Part shown: one piece after another, positions 47,306 to 60,443 of the stretch
Layout: every line of letters starts with the position of its first letter
Position numbering within the stretch: position 1 is the stretch's first letter
From: Amoebophrya sp. A120
Lineage: Eukaryota > Protista > Dinoflagellata
Length of the DNA stretch: 64,000 bases
Assembly: GCA_905178155.1 (NCBI GenBank)
Contig: CAJINV010000012.1
Location: 2,258,166 to 2,322,165 of the forward strand
Direction: 5' to 3'
Translations under genes and position numbers: made by a program
Notes under the pieces: generated by a model
Told to the model about the DNA's origin: nothing
What the model saw: the letters and a program-made list of their open reading frames with translations, nothing else
Database searches by the model: none

Positions 47306-48309
47306 TCACGCACAGTAGACCCACTCTCCGTTCAAATACACGCGGGAAAGCAGCTTTCCCCGGCCGTCTTGGGTCACCATGGTCATGCGCTTGAAGCGGT
47401 TTTGGGTCAGGTAGCGTTCCGCATTCGGCTTTTATCAAAAGAAAAAACCCCTCCTCCCCATATCGAAGCGGAAATCTGTGATACGGGATCTGTGTACACA
47501 AATCGGCTCTGTCTTGCAGTAGAGGACTGCAGGCAGATACAGAGCGGGAGTAGGGGCCTTTTGGTGTAGGCGTCAAGCAGGGCAGGCATATCCTCCGCAG
47601 GCCCTAAAGCATTACAATGGGCATGCAGGACACGGCAAGCTTTTTGGATTTGCGTTCTTGCAATACAGAGACGATTTGTGGTCTCCTATCAGCATCACAA
47701 ATTTTCAAAAGTATCCTGGTTTGGTATGGAGAGGGGGGATTTTTCCTCCCAATAGCTTTTCCGGCCAGGCCTCCGGGGCCGGTTTCAACGCAGTACCGGA
47801 TTGGGTGCGGAGGAGGGTGGCTTGGCTGTGGTAAATGTAAATGATGTATACAACATAGTGTGGACTAACATGAACGAAGGAAAGAAAGTTTGTTTCCTCT
47901 ATCAAGCTAGGAGATCAGGAGTTCGAGTTTGTAGTGGGAAAACAGCATGACAATGAAATACGTGTGATTGGAAAACCAAAACAGCATGACAAATAATAAA
48001 TACGTGTGATTCTGTTGCTTCTCGATGAGCTCCGCATATTTCTTCTCCGCTATCCTGTGCAAAAGTATCGCACTCGTAGTAATTGCATTCATGCATTACA
48101 AATCTTTCATTTGAGGTAAATCCGCATTGCAAATTTTGTTTCTCATGCTGAGAAAGTTTGTAATGCATTTATACGAGTACGATACTTTTGCAATGCATAT
48201 CCGCGGACTGTCGACACTTCTTCTCCTTGGTAAACATGTACTTCCGCCAGGCGTCGTCTAAAAGCCAATTCTCGACCAAAGGCCCTTTGTTCGGACGCGG
48301 GACGGGCAT
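47306..48309 (-). CDS. Small hypothetical protein, 4 exons
   Basis: MPVPRPNKGPLVENWLLDDAWRKY...EWVYCA*; introners 48051-48199 and 47433-47754; GT-AG intron 47826-48003. Confidence 0.8.
47433..47754. mobile_element. Introner/MITE family D
   Basis: Ends tatcaaaagaaaaaacccctcctccccata...tatggagaggggggatttttcctcccaata; repeat gcttt. Confidence 0.92.
48051..48199. mobile_element. Introner/MITE family A
   Basis: Ends tatcctgtgcaaaagtatcg...cgatacttttgcaatgcata; repeat tccgc. Confidence 0.95.
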
Positions 48310-49129
48310 TTTTTATTTCTGGTGCCGCACGTGATGATGATCAAGTTCAACAAGCACAAGCTGAAACTGAAAATAACCACTACTTAGAGAGGACACGCAA
48401 GAAGTAGACCTGGAGAGGCAGTCCTCACACTCACTCTGCTTTGTTTGGGAAAGCGAACCACCAAAAGAGGACGAATAAATTCGAAGTTCCAATTACGATT
48501 TTCATTTTTCTAGAATCTCAGTCTCTGTCCCATTTCCATTGAAGTCATCATGTTCTGTCTCACACTCATCTTGTTCCTGTCACTCTAATGCCTACCGAAA
48601 TTCGAGACGACAAAAACCCGGCTCCGCAACGAAACGAGCATCACGGAACAGGAGAACGGCAATTGGTGACTCCGACCATGGTCAAAAAGACACCCAATGA
48701 AGGTCTAGTACGTATTTCTGGAGCGGTCTCCGTTACTACTTTCTTACTGTTTGTTCTCAGTGTCGTGTTTTGCATACTTACTGTCAACCGAAGAACTAGA
48801 GTGCGCTACTGCAAGAAAATTATACTATCTTTTCTTGTGGTTTTACGATTTCCTGCTTCTACTTATCATGAGAAAAGCCCATTTGAAAAAGCAAACTGTT
48901 ATCCAACTTAGACTCGAAAGAGGCTGGCTCTTTGTTTCTTTCAAACTTCAACACTTTTCGCTTTGGTTCGTCTTGGTAAACTTTGTCTAGAAGTACTCTG
49001 AATATCTAATAATCGTTTTGGTTTTGGAAGTTCCATCGAGTTGTACTGAAGCGCAGACGGGGCGAGTAAAGCTTAGTGAGGTCGACGAGATTCGTCATTC
49101 TCTTACTTTGTTTTCAGCACATCGCCTTG

Positions 49130-49980
49130 CTACTCCGCTACCCGGTCTAAATTTCCGCTACTGCCCAGCTGCCCGTTCTTGGTCCACCTCCTTTCCTGCC
49201 CGTCTTCGTCCAGTTCGAATGATAAACCCGAATTCAGCCTGCCGATTGTTTTCCCCGTGGCGCTACTTATTGCTACGGACTCGGATTTTTGTCTGCTTAT
49301 TGACATGGAGGGCGAGATCTGTCCCTCGCCGGGCACCATCTTTCTCCAGATCTGGATGATTTTTTATGTGAGAAGAACTGGGTTTTTTGTCATAAAAGAC
49401 CTGGGTTGAAAAAATGGTTCTCATTCTGTCATCATGCGTAATGCAACTACACAAGGCACTGTTGAAACCAATAGTACAGTTGTAGAAACAACAAAATACG
49501 TCGCCGTCTGCCCATATGATTGTCGTCATGTCGCCGTCTATCTGAAAGGTCCCACCAAAACTCTCCGCGTCGGTGTCTGACGCCGCGCCGGTTTGCTTGA
49601 CATCTGATAATTTGTCATGTCGGATTGGATTTGAAAACACCACTTCTTGCGAACAAGAAAAGCGAGCATGACACACTCATGACAAGAAAATCAGCATCAT
49701 GCACAACATGATCATGTTCCATCGGATGCGTCACAACAAAAACGTCTTTATCAGTACTGAAATTCACGTGTATTCTCCCGTCGTCCGTTTTGTCTGCGCT
49801 TAAATTTCCGTATATTGCTGTTTCCCCGAGAAACCAAACCTGATCCGCTTCTACTACGAGGAAGTCCTGGTCCGAGGTTTGCCATCTGCCCTGCAACAAG
49901 TCCATACAATCGTCGTCGTCGACATCCTGCGTTACGGCGAGGGACTGATCGGGCCCGGGGGGCACCGGGAGAGTGGACAT
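49130..49980 (-). CDS. Hypothetical protein, about 3 exons with conventional introns
   Basis: LQGRWQT... then ...TTIIWADGD|IWRKM joined by a GT-AG intron at about 49333-49499; first intron donor unresolved. Confidence 0.6.
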
Positions 49981-51070
49981 GAGAAGTGGGCAACAAAATA
50001 CGAAATCCGATTTTCAAAGAAAAAAAAATATTCAACTTGCCTTCTCGGAAATTAAATCAATGACGCGCCCTTCTTTTCCTCCAATTTCTTTTGCTGCAAA
50101 GATCGTAGTGCCACTACTTCATGAAAGACGGACGACACAAAAAAATCAGGATAAAAACGCAAAGCTTTCCTATGATGCATGCTACCAGAAGTTGAAGCGA
50201 ACTACATAGCGATAGGCCCCCTCGCCAATAATATTTTTGTGCAGAATTAAGCCACACTCAGACCGACTGGAGGTGATTGAAACAAAAAAGAAAGCCTCGT
50301 ACGGCAAAAAAGAAGAAAGAACCGAAATTATTGGAGCTGTTGGGTGTGATAGACTTGATATTGTTGTCCACGGGACATCAGGCTTCAGCACACAAAAAGA
50401 ACCCCTAGTTGCGTCACATTAGTGAATGCCGACATGCCGACATTCTCATTCTTCCGAGGCGATCTGCACCAACGAGAACCAAGGTTACAAGCTATCTACT
50501 ACATGGTAAAACAAGAGTGTTGAACATGCGCAAACAAGATGTTAATGTTGTGTTTCATTCCATCCCATCAATGAGCGCCAATCGTTTGCTGTTCGCCTCT
50601 ACTTAGGGCAAACAAGTAAAAATTGTTGACAGTCAAAACTTACTCTTACATAAAAAATCCGTAAAGATCTAGATGACCATGAAGGTGAAGCGCGCTATGC
50701 CTCCCATTAACGATAATGGAGAGTACGTACTGAAGAAGTGCAGAAGTGTTTGTGTTTAGAGAAAATGCATTCCTATAAGGACTTACCGTGAGAAAGATGC
50801 GGAAGCGATACGACGAATAGAAGAACATAAACATAACATTGAACGTGAACGGTCGTGAGTACGTAAAAGTGGATTTCTTGATAAGTATAAAGCCCTAAAA
50901 TAACCTGAACGTGAACGTCTAACGAACACTTCCGGGCACCCTGAAGCGGCGGCGCTAGCTATCAAAAACCTGGGAAAAAAATGCTTGGTGCCAGTTGAGC
51001 CCGGGGGCGGTCGTGAGTACCTAAAAAAAAACAAAAAGCGAAGCCGCTTTCTTTGCGGCCCCCGGTAGTA

Positions 51071-54000
51071 TCACTTGCTCTCGGTCTTGTCGTCAAGAAG
51101 ATCAGGAGTACTAAATCTCTGTTCGGCGGGTAGTCCGAAGTTCTTTACCAACAGTGTGTACGTCGGGTCATCAGACTTAATCTCTTTCTCGACCCAACCT
51201 GCGGTGTCTCGTTTTTTTTTTGTGCCCCCATCCACCCCTTCCATGTGCTTATGTTTACCGCATTCGAATTTCGTTTTTAGCCAGACTTCTCGCTGTACTT
51301 GTCTAGGGTCCGACCAAGCCAAATCGGACTCCGCCATAGAGAGTTTCACTTCCTGAGCCACCTTGTCGTCGTCCTTTATCGCCTTTACCGGCTGAGCAAG
51401 TCTTTGCACGAAGAGCTGCAGGTCGTCGATCTTCTCACGGCGCGTTTCCCCATCCATCGTGTGACCATCTTTTCCTGTAGCTGTACCTACTTTCGCCTTC
51501 AATCGGTGTTCACTCAACTCGTTTTCAAAATTGCTGAGCGCGCCTCGTGCAGAGTTCTTGACCTCTACCTTGCCGTAGTCCGCGCTCCCCTTTTTGGCCT
51601 TCACAGGCACCATGAACTCATCCCAAAACTTTTCGAGAAACACGAGGCACTGGTCCGGATTCCTTTGGAGGAGAAGGTCAACATCGTGGACGCCCAGGTC
51701 TGCGCTTCGCAGCGCATCAAGAAGTCTGGCCAAATACCTAGCCGGGCGATCTCGGCCACGCGAAGAAAAAGCATCGCTGTCCGCTTCCATCTCCTCCACC
51801 AAATATTCCGGGTTTGTTTTGGGCTTTTTTCCATCGCTAAAGGCTCTTTGAACCAACATCTTGATGTGCTGTTTTATATCTTGTGGCCCCTCACTGCTTC
51901 GCCCCAAACGCGGCATTGTAAAAAGAGGCGGAGTTGGGTCTTTACAATTCTCGCATCCGCCTAACACTTCGCGCAACCACGCGGCAGCGGTCGTAGGATT
52001 CCCGGGTTTGGGTTCAAGAATCTTTGGCAGAGGAATCCGGTGATTACCTCCAAAACCGTCGCAAAGAGGCTCCAATCGGAGCTCGCCTGTCCTACAATTC
52101 GTCAGCGCATCTAGGTAAGCTGTTATCTGGTGCGCCTTTCTGTGACCATCCTTGCCCGTCGCGACATCCGTGAGAACCTTCTCCATGAAGTTGGTTAAAA
52201 CATTGTTGCTCGGAAGCTCCTGCAGCCTGTCTCTTTCCGGATCGTAACGAGCCATGTTCCAAGCAATGCTCTCCAACATCTCCTTCCCGTATTCTGCATC
52301 CACGGACGATTTCAATGGCGAACTCAGTAGAGATTTGATTTTGTCTCGGGCTGTGGAGTCGTCCGCTGTGCCCGGCAGCATTACCTTCGCGCCCCCGTCA
52401 AGGGTGAATGGTACAAGATAGTCGGACAACACTCCCGCAAGGGCGCGCTTCCGCTTCTCCTTCAGTGTCACTGATGCGTCGGCCTCGGTACCCGCTGCCC
52501 CTGCGTTCTGGTGCATTAGCGAAAGGGCTACCAGCTCCTTGCCGAGAGTATCCTGTCGCTTCCGTGGACTACTCCTGCTCACAGCATCAGCACCATCAAG
52601 ATCAAGGTCACCTCGTCCAAACCCCGTTTCCATCGTCAGAAAAGCGATCAGCTGCTCATGGGTTGCAAACGCGGATTCTGGTGCAGCTGCGGGTGCTCCA
52701 GAGGTGCTCGTCGTGCCGTAGCCCACCTCGTAGGCGAAAAGCTTCGGCGCCAGAAATTGCAGAAAGTCTCCCGGCGTGTTCCGGGCGTTCCCGGCAATTG
52801 CATTGGTTTTAACCCACGATAACAGAGGGAAACTTTCGGTCGCGGAGTTCTCAGCCGTGGACCCGATGGAGCGAAGCAGAGCAAGGCAAGAATTGTGCTC
52901 GTGCCGCAAATCAGAAATCTTTGGATCTTGGGAGCAAACCGACTTTACAACATCCTTTACGTTAATGAGCATGGCTTTCGCGGTGTCTTTCTCCTCTGGT
53001 ACTGGCCGTGGCAGTGGTTCTCGCGCGGGGTCGACCTCCGGGGCTTGTGGTAGGTCTTCGGTATCGGGAGCTAGAAGATGATCCGGTAAGCTGCTTTTGG
53101 ACGCACCAGGAGCCGCGCCTAGTATCGCCGGTAAGGTCGCGGCCCTACGCGGCGGCTGGCGCTGGGGCTCTCCCTCTGCTGGGTCTGCCTTTGCTGGTGG
53201 TGGTGGAGGGGGCGCGTCCGGTGGAGGTAGTGGTGGTCGTTCTCGTTGTAAGGGTTCCTCGCCGCGACCGGACGATGCTTTCTTAAGCTTTGCTTCTTCG
53301 GGACGATCATGCTCTGTTTCTTCGGCATCACCAGCTGGTGCAGACGCCACAGCCACGTTCTCTCGTCCTTCCTCGCGTGGTGGAGGATCACTACCTGCTT
53401 GTGTGGTGGAAGCGCCAGCATCTGGAACGGTCACGGTAGAACCAGGACCCGCACCGGGAGCACCGCTGTCATCTCCAATGCCCCCTTCAGCAATTGCTCC
53501 TGATCTCGCAAGTTGCGTCTCCAAAAACGCTAGGCGTTTGTGTATCTTGTCAATCCCCGCGGCAATGTGCAACTGGAGAACGGCAGAGGCAGTTGACGCA
53601 ACATCCACGTCCTCCACACCACTGCCTGTCGCCCCCGATTCCGCCTTAACATCACCCTCCGTTGACTTCTTCTTGTTTTTTCGAGAACTCGAACCAAAAT
53701 CCGCATCGCTTTCCGACGACTTCTTCTTGTTTTTGCGACGCGACGACCGGCGCTTCTTGCTTCCACCCCCGCCCTTCAGTTTCGTCTTCGACTTCTGTTC
53801 GTCTACTTGTTTCTCGCCGCCACCTGGCCCATCAGCAGGTTCGTTCTTACTTCCACTTTTTTCTAGCATCGTCGCCCGTTTGTACGCCGCCACGACCTCC
53901 TTATCCAACTGGTCGTCCTCGTCTTTCAAGAAGGCGTACTGGTTATGCATTGCAAACATGTCTGGGTCTGGAGGAGTGCAAGGTTTGCCATGCTTGTCTG

Positions 54001-54300
54001 GCATGAGTACGGAGTTTGTGATGCGTGTCTAAGAAAAGACGCTTTCGCTTGTCATGCAAAGTCATGCGAAAAACGCAACACAAAGCCTCCCAAATATTTC
54101 TCATGCTTGGCTGTGCATTAGAGATACAGAGCATTGGTGTTCCCGATTCACAGCCCAGCATAAGCATTACAAGTTTCCAGTCCCAGACACATTTGCATTT
54201 GATACTGATCCTCAGTCGCCGTGGCGGCGACCAGCACGGGCGGTGATAGCAGGCAAGAGGTGCTCCCGGCGACCCGTACGAAAGTTTTGGTACGAGGCAT
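51071..54300 (-). CDS. About 990-aa hypothetical protein with weak signal-like N-terminus, basic NLS-like repeats and Pro-rich linker
   Basis: ATG 54300 (MPRTKTFVRVAGSTSCLLSPPVLVAATATEDQ|YAFLK) after removing 53944-54204; remainder is one ORF. Confidence 0.8.
53944..54204. mobile_element. Introner/MITE family B
   Basis: Ends tatgcattgcaaacatgtctggg...cccagacacatttgcatttgata; repeat ctggt/ctgat. Confidence 0.93.
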
Positions 54301-55209
54301 GTTGTCGAAGGCGGTGTAGTTGACGCGGTTCGTTCTTTTTTTTTACTGGTTATTTCCAGAACAAATATCTTTTACCAGGGCGTCAAGATCAAGAATGAGA
54401 ATGTCCGAGAGGACGATTCCAGACTGCAGCGTGTTCTTCGCTGTCTTGCGTTGTTTGTCGGAGTTGCTGTTTGTGTCGTCTAAACGTCGAAAAACGGAAA
54501 TGGATGAGCAGCTACTTCTACTTCGCCTGATCGTGAGCTCTGCTGGTTTGAGATGAGAGTGGTAGACAGCTGCGAGTGGTGCGTTTATATGTCGAAAATG
54601 GAAAATGAGTGAGTACTCGTTCTTCAAACAACAGGTTTTTTGGGTAAGGTTAAATGAAAATTGTGGGATGTCGTAATTTGTGAAAGAATTCCTCATCGGG
54701 AAACTGTGTCGTTAGTTGCAAACGAAGATAAGAAATACGAGCACCAGGCCGGAGAAAACAACATCAACCCTTTGCTCGCCTCTTATGGCCTGCGAGTGAC
54801 TGTCTGACATATACAGAAAACATATGGGGTCGTCAACGTTGTATTTGCCTCAGACCGTAAAAAAAATTCTGCGCGCATTTTTTCGCGGCGCAAAGCTAGT
54901 AAACCTGTGCACGCTAGTGAGGGGCTGACTTGAACGCGGTTTGTTTTACCTAGCTTGTCAGCAACACTGCTCCAGTAGGTAAGTGAGTATTGACGCGAAG
55001 GGGGGCGGGGCGCTGGGGGTTCTTCTGTGGCTGATGTTTCCACCTAGAAAACGCCGGGCGCGCGCAATATTTTTCTCATTTTTCCGGATTGCTCTCTCCG
55101 TGCAGCTATTTGCCGCTATGGCCTGGGTCAGCGTGTGAGGCTGGAAACGCCCCGCGAGATGTCTACACAGGCCCTGGCCTCGTCGTCTCTAGCAGGCACC
55201 ACGCACACA

Positions 55210-55420
55210 TGTTGGCCGCGAAGGCCTTTCCGGAGCCCTTCCAAAAAGGGGGAGCCGGAGGGGTGCCCGGAACCCTAAAAAAAGCCTATTGCTTTTTCTT
55301 CGAATCACGATGGTGCTACCCCTCCCCAAAAGGGGTCCCGGAACCCCTCTGGGAACCCTTCCCGAAAGGCTCTCGGGCTTTTCGCATTTTGCCGAAAAAG
55401 CCGCAAAGGCAAAATGCGCG
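55210..55420. repeat. Unclassified GC-rich repeat/hairpin block
   Basis: Recurrent ggaaccc and aaaagggg words; perfect 11-bp stem cgcattttgcc (55383-55393) / ggcaaaatgcg (55408-55418). Confidence 0.5.
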
Positions 55421-56579
55421 CGCGCCTGCCGGTACACGCGTGCACAGCTGCGCGACATTAGAAACAAGGGGAGGCGCAGCCGCGGCCGATTCCGTTTGCG
55501 CCCTCGACTCCGACCGACTTGCACAGATTGAGGCCCATTGTCTAGCGGCTGGACTGCAAGAGGACCTGCTGCAGCACCTCCTGGCTGCAGGGGCGCTCCG
55601 AGGCAAGTCCGTGGAGCAGCAGCGCCGGATAGCTCCGTCTTTAGCCACTGAGAAGCGCTGCGAATAGGCTAGCGATTTCATTAGGTGTGCAACATAGTGG
55701 GGGGCTATACGTGTGCAACATGATGGATATCAAATACAAAAAAAGGCGCGCGGAAAATTTTTTACAGCTTGAGGCAAATACAAGTTTGACGACGCCATAA
55801 AACAACATCAAGATTGATACGACGACGCTTACTTGCTTTTCAACGCACGAGACCGAAACTTGCACGTTTATTTTGGGGTGCAGTTCACGACGGACAAACA
55901 TTTTTAAACGCAGTACGACAAAATGAATACGACAAGATTTGTTCTGGCTCACTTACTTACGAACGGGAACGAAAGCGACACTGGACGAGATACAAATTAC
56001 GGTCCACCGACTAAGCAGCCCTTGAAGTTGGACCAAAAAGGTAGAGTCCACTACTGCTCCATGTTACCGACACCGAGACGATATGGGTATGAGAAAAGCG
56101 AACGTACTTACTTTGGCTTTGCTCAATAACAATAACAAGCACGATGAGGCTCCATGAAACGGAGCAGACGCAGACCGAACGGCTACTTACACGCGAAGGT
56201 GACGAAGCAATTCGCTAGAAAAGAGCGGGTCCGCCCTGCTTTGCTGCTGGTACAGCTTCTACTTGAAGAGTTCTTCTCGATGTTGTCGCTTTTTGCGTTC
56301 GCTGCGATAATTCTTCGAAACTGAATGTTGGAGTTGCGGTCTTTATTGTTCACAGGCTAGTAGAAGCGCGGCTTTGAACTTTTATGACAATCGCTGCAAG
56401 GGCTGCTTCTTCCTTTCAAAGCAAAAAATCTATGTTTTGCTCCTGCTTTAAGGATTTTTGCGGCACATCATCTGGCGGCGTAAGTAGGATGCTCATGAAC
56501 GAACCTCACCTCGTCCCTCTCCCTGAGCAATTACCACTTCACTCGTGGTGAAAGCCAGCACGACCTGCTCACCCAAAAC

Positions 56580-58506
56580 TCACATCATATCATCCCCTGG
56601 CATGTCGAACTTTCCAATGTTGTCAATATCGGACTGCTTCGGCCCGCCCGGCTGGTACGCTTTTGACATTGCCTCGCCGATGATGCGTTTCATGCTGTCG
56701 TCACCCTCATCGTACATGTCTTTCATCATGCTCATGATCCCGCCCGTTGCATCCGCCGCTTTCCCCTTGTTCGCCTGTTTTTCGTCCTCTCGCTTTCGCC
56801 GCCCCCCGACGTCCGTCCAGGTCTCGTAGCTGATAGTGTTTTTGTAGTTGTACTTTTGCATGACAAGATTTACAGCTCCCCCTCTTTGTGCACCATGCCA
56901 CAGCAGATAAACGTGCTGAGTAAAAGTAAATTCCCTTGCAGCTATAGAATTATTCTATCATAGTCTTTCGAGTTCGAAGTACAACTCAAATAGGAGATGC
57001 ATCAAAGAAAAAATCCTTTACTTACCCCATCGTTCCTCCCTCCACCTTCTGCATGGTGATGAGCACGTGATTTTTCTTCACCGAGTGCGACGATTTTGCC
57101 GCCACGATGTCGTTATGAAATGCAAAAGAATCGTACTAGTATAAATTGCATTACAAATTCACGTAGCATTACAAATCAAATTTGTAATGCGGATTTGCCT
57201 TAGTAAAGAGATTTGTAATGCATAAACGCAATTGGTACGAGTACGATACTTTTGCACTCGATAGTCGTGCTGCAACGCGGTTCTTCTGAACCGGTAGTTT
57301 ACCCTGTTATGGGTGTGTCAGGATTGAAATCGACAAAGTTGAAATAGTTTGCGATGCATAAAATGCAACGCAGAAATTGTCTCTATTGCAAACGATGCAA
57401 GGGAGGCAGATTACAAGCCTGCTGTGGGGTAGAAATAGAGCTGCTAAAGTAGCATGACAAAAGGCGTCGTCCTTACCCAAACAGCATGACAAACTGGATT
57501 TAGGCTCTACCCAAGTTTGTCATGCGCCACTTGGAAACTGGGCTTCAACTGGCATCCATTTTATGCATGGCAAATTATTTCAACTTTGACGATTTCAAAC
57601 CTGACGCTTCCATACCCGTCCAGGTTTTTCACTTTCACATCCAAACTCATCCGGGTGAACTCCGTTGTGATGTTATCAAAATGAAAAATCCCCCCACCCC
57701 ATACGCGAACTTGAAATTTGTGATGCAGATTTGTGGCCCTGGCCACAAATCTTCAGCTTTGTCATGCTAGAAGGGAAAAGATGCGGACTGTAGTGCTGGT
57801 TGGCGTGGGCAAGCCTTGCATCTTCAGCATGACATGGGGTAGCTGGGAGTGGGAAACAGCATGACAAATTGCCTGCAAATGAGGCCACAGCTGCGTCTCT
57901 TGGCCTTCTAGCATTACAAGTCGACTTGTGTACTCAAATACAGCATCACAAATTTCGTTTTCGATATGGGGAGGGGGGATTTTTCATTCTGATAGATGTT
58001 TTCGGCTGGCAGATTTTCCACGCCTTTGAGCCGCAAGTCCACGACGACCTCCTTGTCGTTGTACCCACCGCCCTTTTTCATCTCGTAGATGCTCACCTCG
58101 GTCCACCTGAGAGATTTTTAGGAGTTTGTTTGTATGTAGGGAGTTTGGTATGCAAAATCAAAATGAGCCGTTCCTCTTCCTCGTTACATCAGGAGATCAT
58201 GGTGGTCATCTTCAAGACACTACTTACATATTAATATTTCCAAGTAGAAGAGGCCACTACTTACTTCAAATTCGCGTCCGATGAGGCGCTGGCGCCAGCT
58301 GGCGCTGCACTCGCCTCGCCGTGGGTCTTCAATACGTCCATCGCACCCGTATCGTCGTCCAACACCACCGGTTTCGGCCGGGTTTTCTCGATCTGCGCCT
58401 TGCTCTGCTGGATTTGGCTGGTTAAGAAGTCTTTTACCAGTGGTCTCTTCGCGTGTTCCACGAGCTGCTCGAGCTCGGCGACATCGAGTTCCGAAAGGCC
58501 GCCCAT
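56580..58506 (-). CDS. CACYBP: Calcyclin-binding protein / Siah-interacting protein (CS and SGS domains)
   Basis: DVAELEQLVEHAKRPLVKDFL, SLDVKVKNLDGVNYRF, GIMSMMKDMYDEGDDSMKRIIGEA; three introners plus GT-AG introns at about 58107-58264 and 56830-57025. Confidence 0.92.
57114..57263. mobile_element. Introner/MITE family A (opposite orientation)
   Basis: Ends tatgaaatgcaaaagaatcgtact...agtacgatacttttgcactcgata; repeat gtcgt. Confidence 0.95.
57308..57614. mobile_element. Introner/MITE family E
   Basis: Ends tatgggtgtgtcagg...cctgacgcttccata; repeat cctgt/cccgt; removal restores LDGVNYRF. Confidence 0.95.
57674..57994. mobile_element. Introner/MITE family D
   Basis: Ends tatcaaaatgaaaaatccccccaccccata...tatggggaggggggatttttcattctgata; repeat gatgt. 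Confidence 0.95.
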
Positions 58507-60443
58507 TTTCGTATAAAATTTGTGGCTGACGCTCTATGTCTATTGGTACTTATGCGGACTTCGAAAAACCAGTATGGCCTAGTGCTGGTAGACGATCAAC
58601 GCTACAGAATCAAGAAACTAGGGATGCAACTAGTGAGTCGTATGTCTACTTCGGAACAACTACAGAACAGATCCTGCTTGCAAAACCAGTGACTGAGTAC
58701 AAGAGAAAGATCAGCTCAAAAAGACCGTAGAAAAGGTGGAAATGGAAGATCAGATGTGTCGCAGGGTCCTTCAGTTGGCCTCGATGCAGAAGTTGTGAGG
58801 TGTGTGATTGAAGATCCAAGAATCGCTTGAAAGATGAGGACCAGGTGAACCTGGTCCAAGAGCAAAAGAAATGCTGCCAGTCGTCTTCAAAAAATGAAGG
58901 ACGATGAGGTACAGACTGGAACATTTTTCTCTGGCCCCCTGCACAGAGACAACAACTCGACTAGTGGAAGGTCGGAGTTTTGGTTCAACACTTTTTTTCC
59001 ATTTCAATTCCTTTATGCTGATGATCATACGATGAATCACACATGTACTAGCCGAATCCTTTCTCGGCCTTCCGGGGAATATGTTCTTTGCTTACTCGCC
59101 TTATTTCAACTTGTTCGCAGCATTTTTCTAGTCATTTGCAAGAAAAAGCTGTAGTAGGAATTTTCTATACCCGTGATAATTAAAACAACGCGTAGGGGTG
59201 GATAGTTTATGACCTTAAATTTCATAAACTACTTCTATCTCCACCTAAAAACACACACACACACACAAAATCTTTCTTTGCCTACGGTCCCCGATTTTTA
59301 TTGTGAATAGTTTTGGAATCTAAGTAAAATTTTGCGGCTTTTCTTGTTACCCTTTGAATCAAGTTGTACTTCTGCATATGTGATAAAGGATTAAAAAGTC
59401 TGTCTGTAGTACTTCCCTTTGCTTGTAAAATTGAACATACATAAAGGTACGAGGAGCTTCACAGAGCTTCTCCATCGTGATTACAATTTGTACTAAAATT
59501 TGAAATTATCGTAAATAGAAACGCATTCATCTTGTAGGAGTCTACTTTGCATTCCTCCTTGCTTACACTCACAGGGAGCTTGAAGGAAGCAAGAGACTTA
59601 CAGATGACCCAAGTAATATTTGTTGAAAACGAGGATTGATGATGTGAAGTTGAAGTTCTTCTCTTCTAGTTGTCCTTAGAGAGCGTGACAATTTTAGATT
59701 TCTGAAACCGGTGTTTATTTAGGAGTTTTTGTCTACTGCCATCACACAACGACGACATCAACTGAGCTGCAAGGTCGACGTCAACAAGAAGATTTCCCAC
59801 CAACTAGAAGGATTTTTTCTTGAGCCAACGATCTCCAGGCAAGACAGTTTTAGTGTCGCAGGTGGAAGGCATAGGAGCAGATCACGTTTTAGGCTTACTC
59901 TGCAAGATTGTTTTTGCTAGTATCATGCAATTAAATCTGAAACTTGTTTACTAGGCTTATCGTCAACATAGGCTCTGATTACAGAAATCGGAAAATTCAT
60001 AGTAGTGATGAAGCAGAGTAGACATTTTCTGCCTCAACAAGAAAGCTACCGTGTGTCGAGGTGTCAGAAACTTTTTTTTCCGAAAGAACCGTCCCATTTC
60101 GTCGTGATATTTTGAGTTTCGTGATGCGTGGACGGTTCCCCTTTCCTGCTCGGCTCCAGACATCGTCGTTTTGGAGCGCTTTTCGACGTCATAATTCTCC
60201 AGTTCCTGCTCTGACACATCATCTGCTTTTCGTTCTCTCGGTCGTAAACCGATTTTTATACTTGTTGTTCTAGAAGAATTCAAAACCGTCGAAAGGAAAA
60301 CTCGAACCAAATTCCAAAATAAGTATCTGAACTTCAACCTCCGAACGAGATGAAAATTAAGAAACGTGATTCTTGTCGTAACATTTTTCTTGTAGATAAC
60401 ACAATTTCACGATGTTCCTACTTCATTTCTCGTGCTTTCTCCC

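Noticed and set aside
53097-54032. Long plus-strand ORFs (also 29790-30398, 1380-1847)
   Set aside because: Antisense shadows of minus-strand genes.
55271-55280. Telomere-like aaccctaaa (also ccctaaa near 50893)
   Set aside because: Single units, no array.
27151-57994. U12-type AT-AC splicing as the general explanation
   Set aside because: AT...AC ends are possible only for repeats acatc and catca (36613, 57674, 27151); most copies cannot form them.
59819-59828. ttggctcaag on the minus strand matching the 3' end of the dinoflagellate spliced leader
   Set aside because: Only 10 nt, far from a start codon; plausible by chance in 64 kb.
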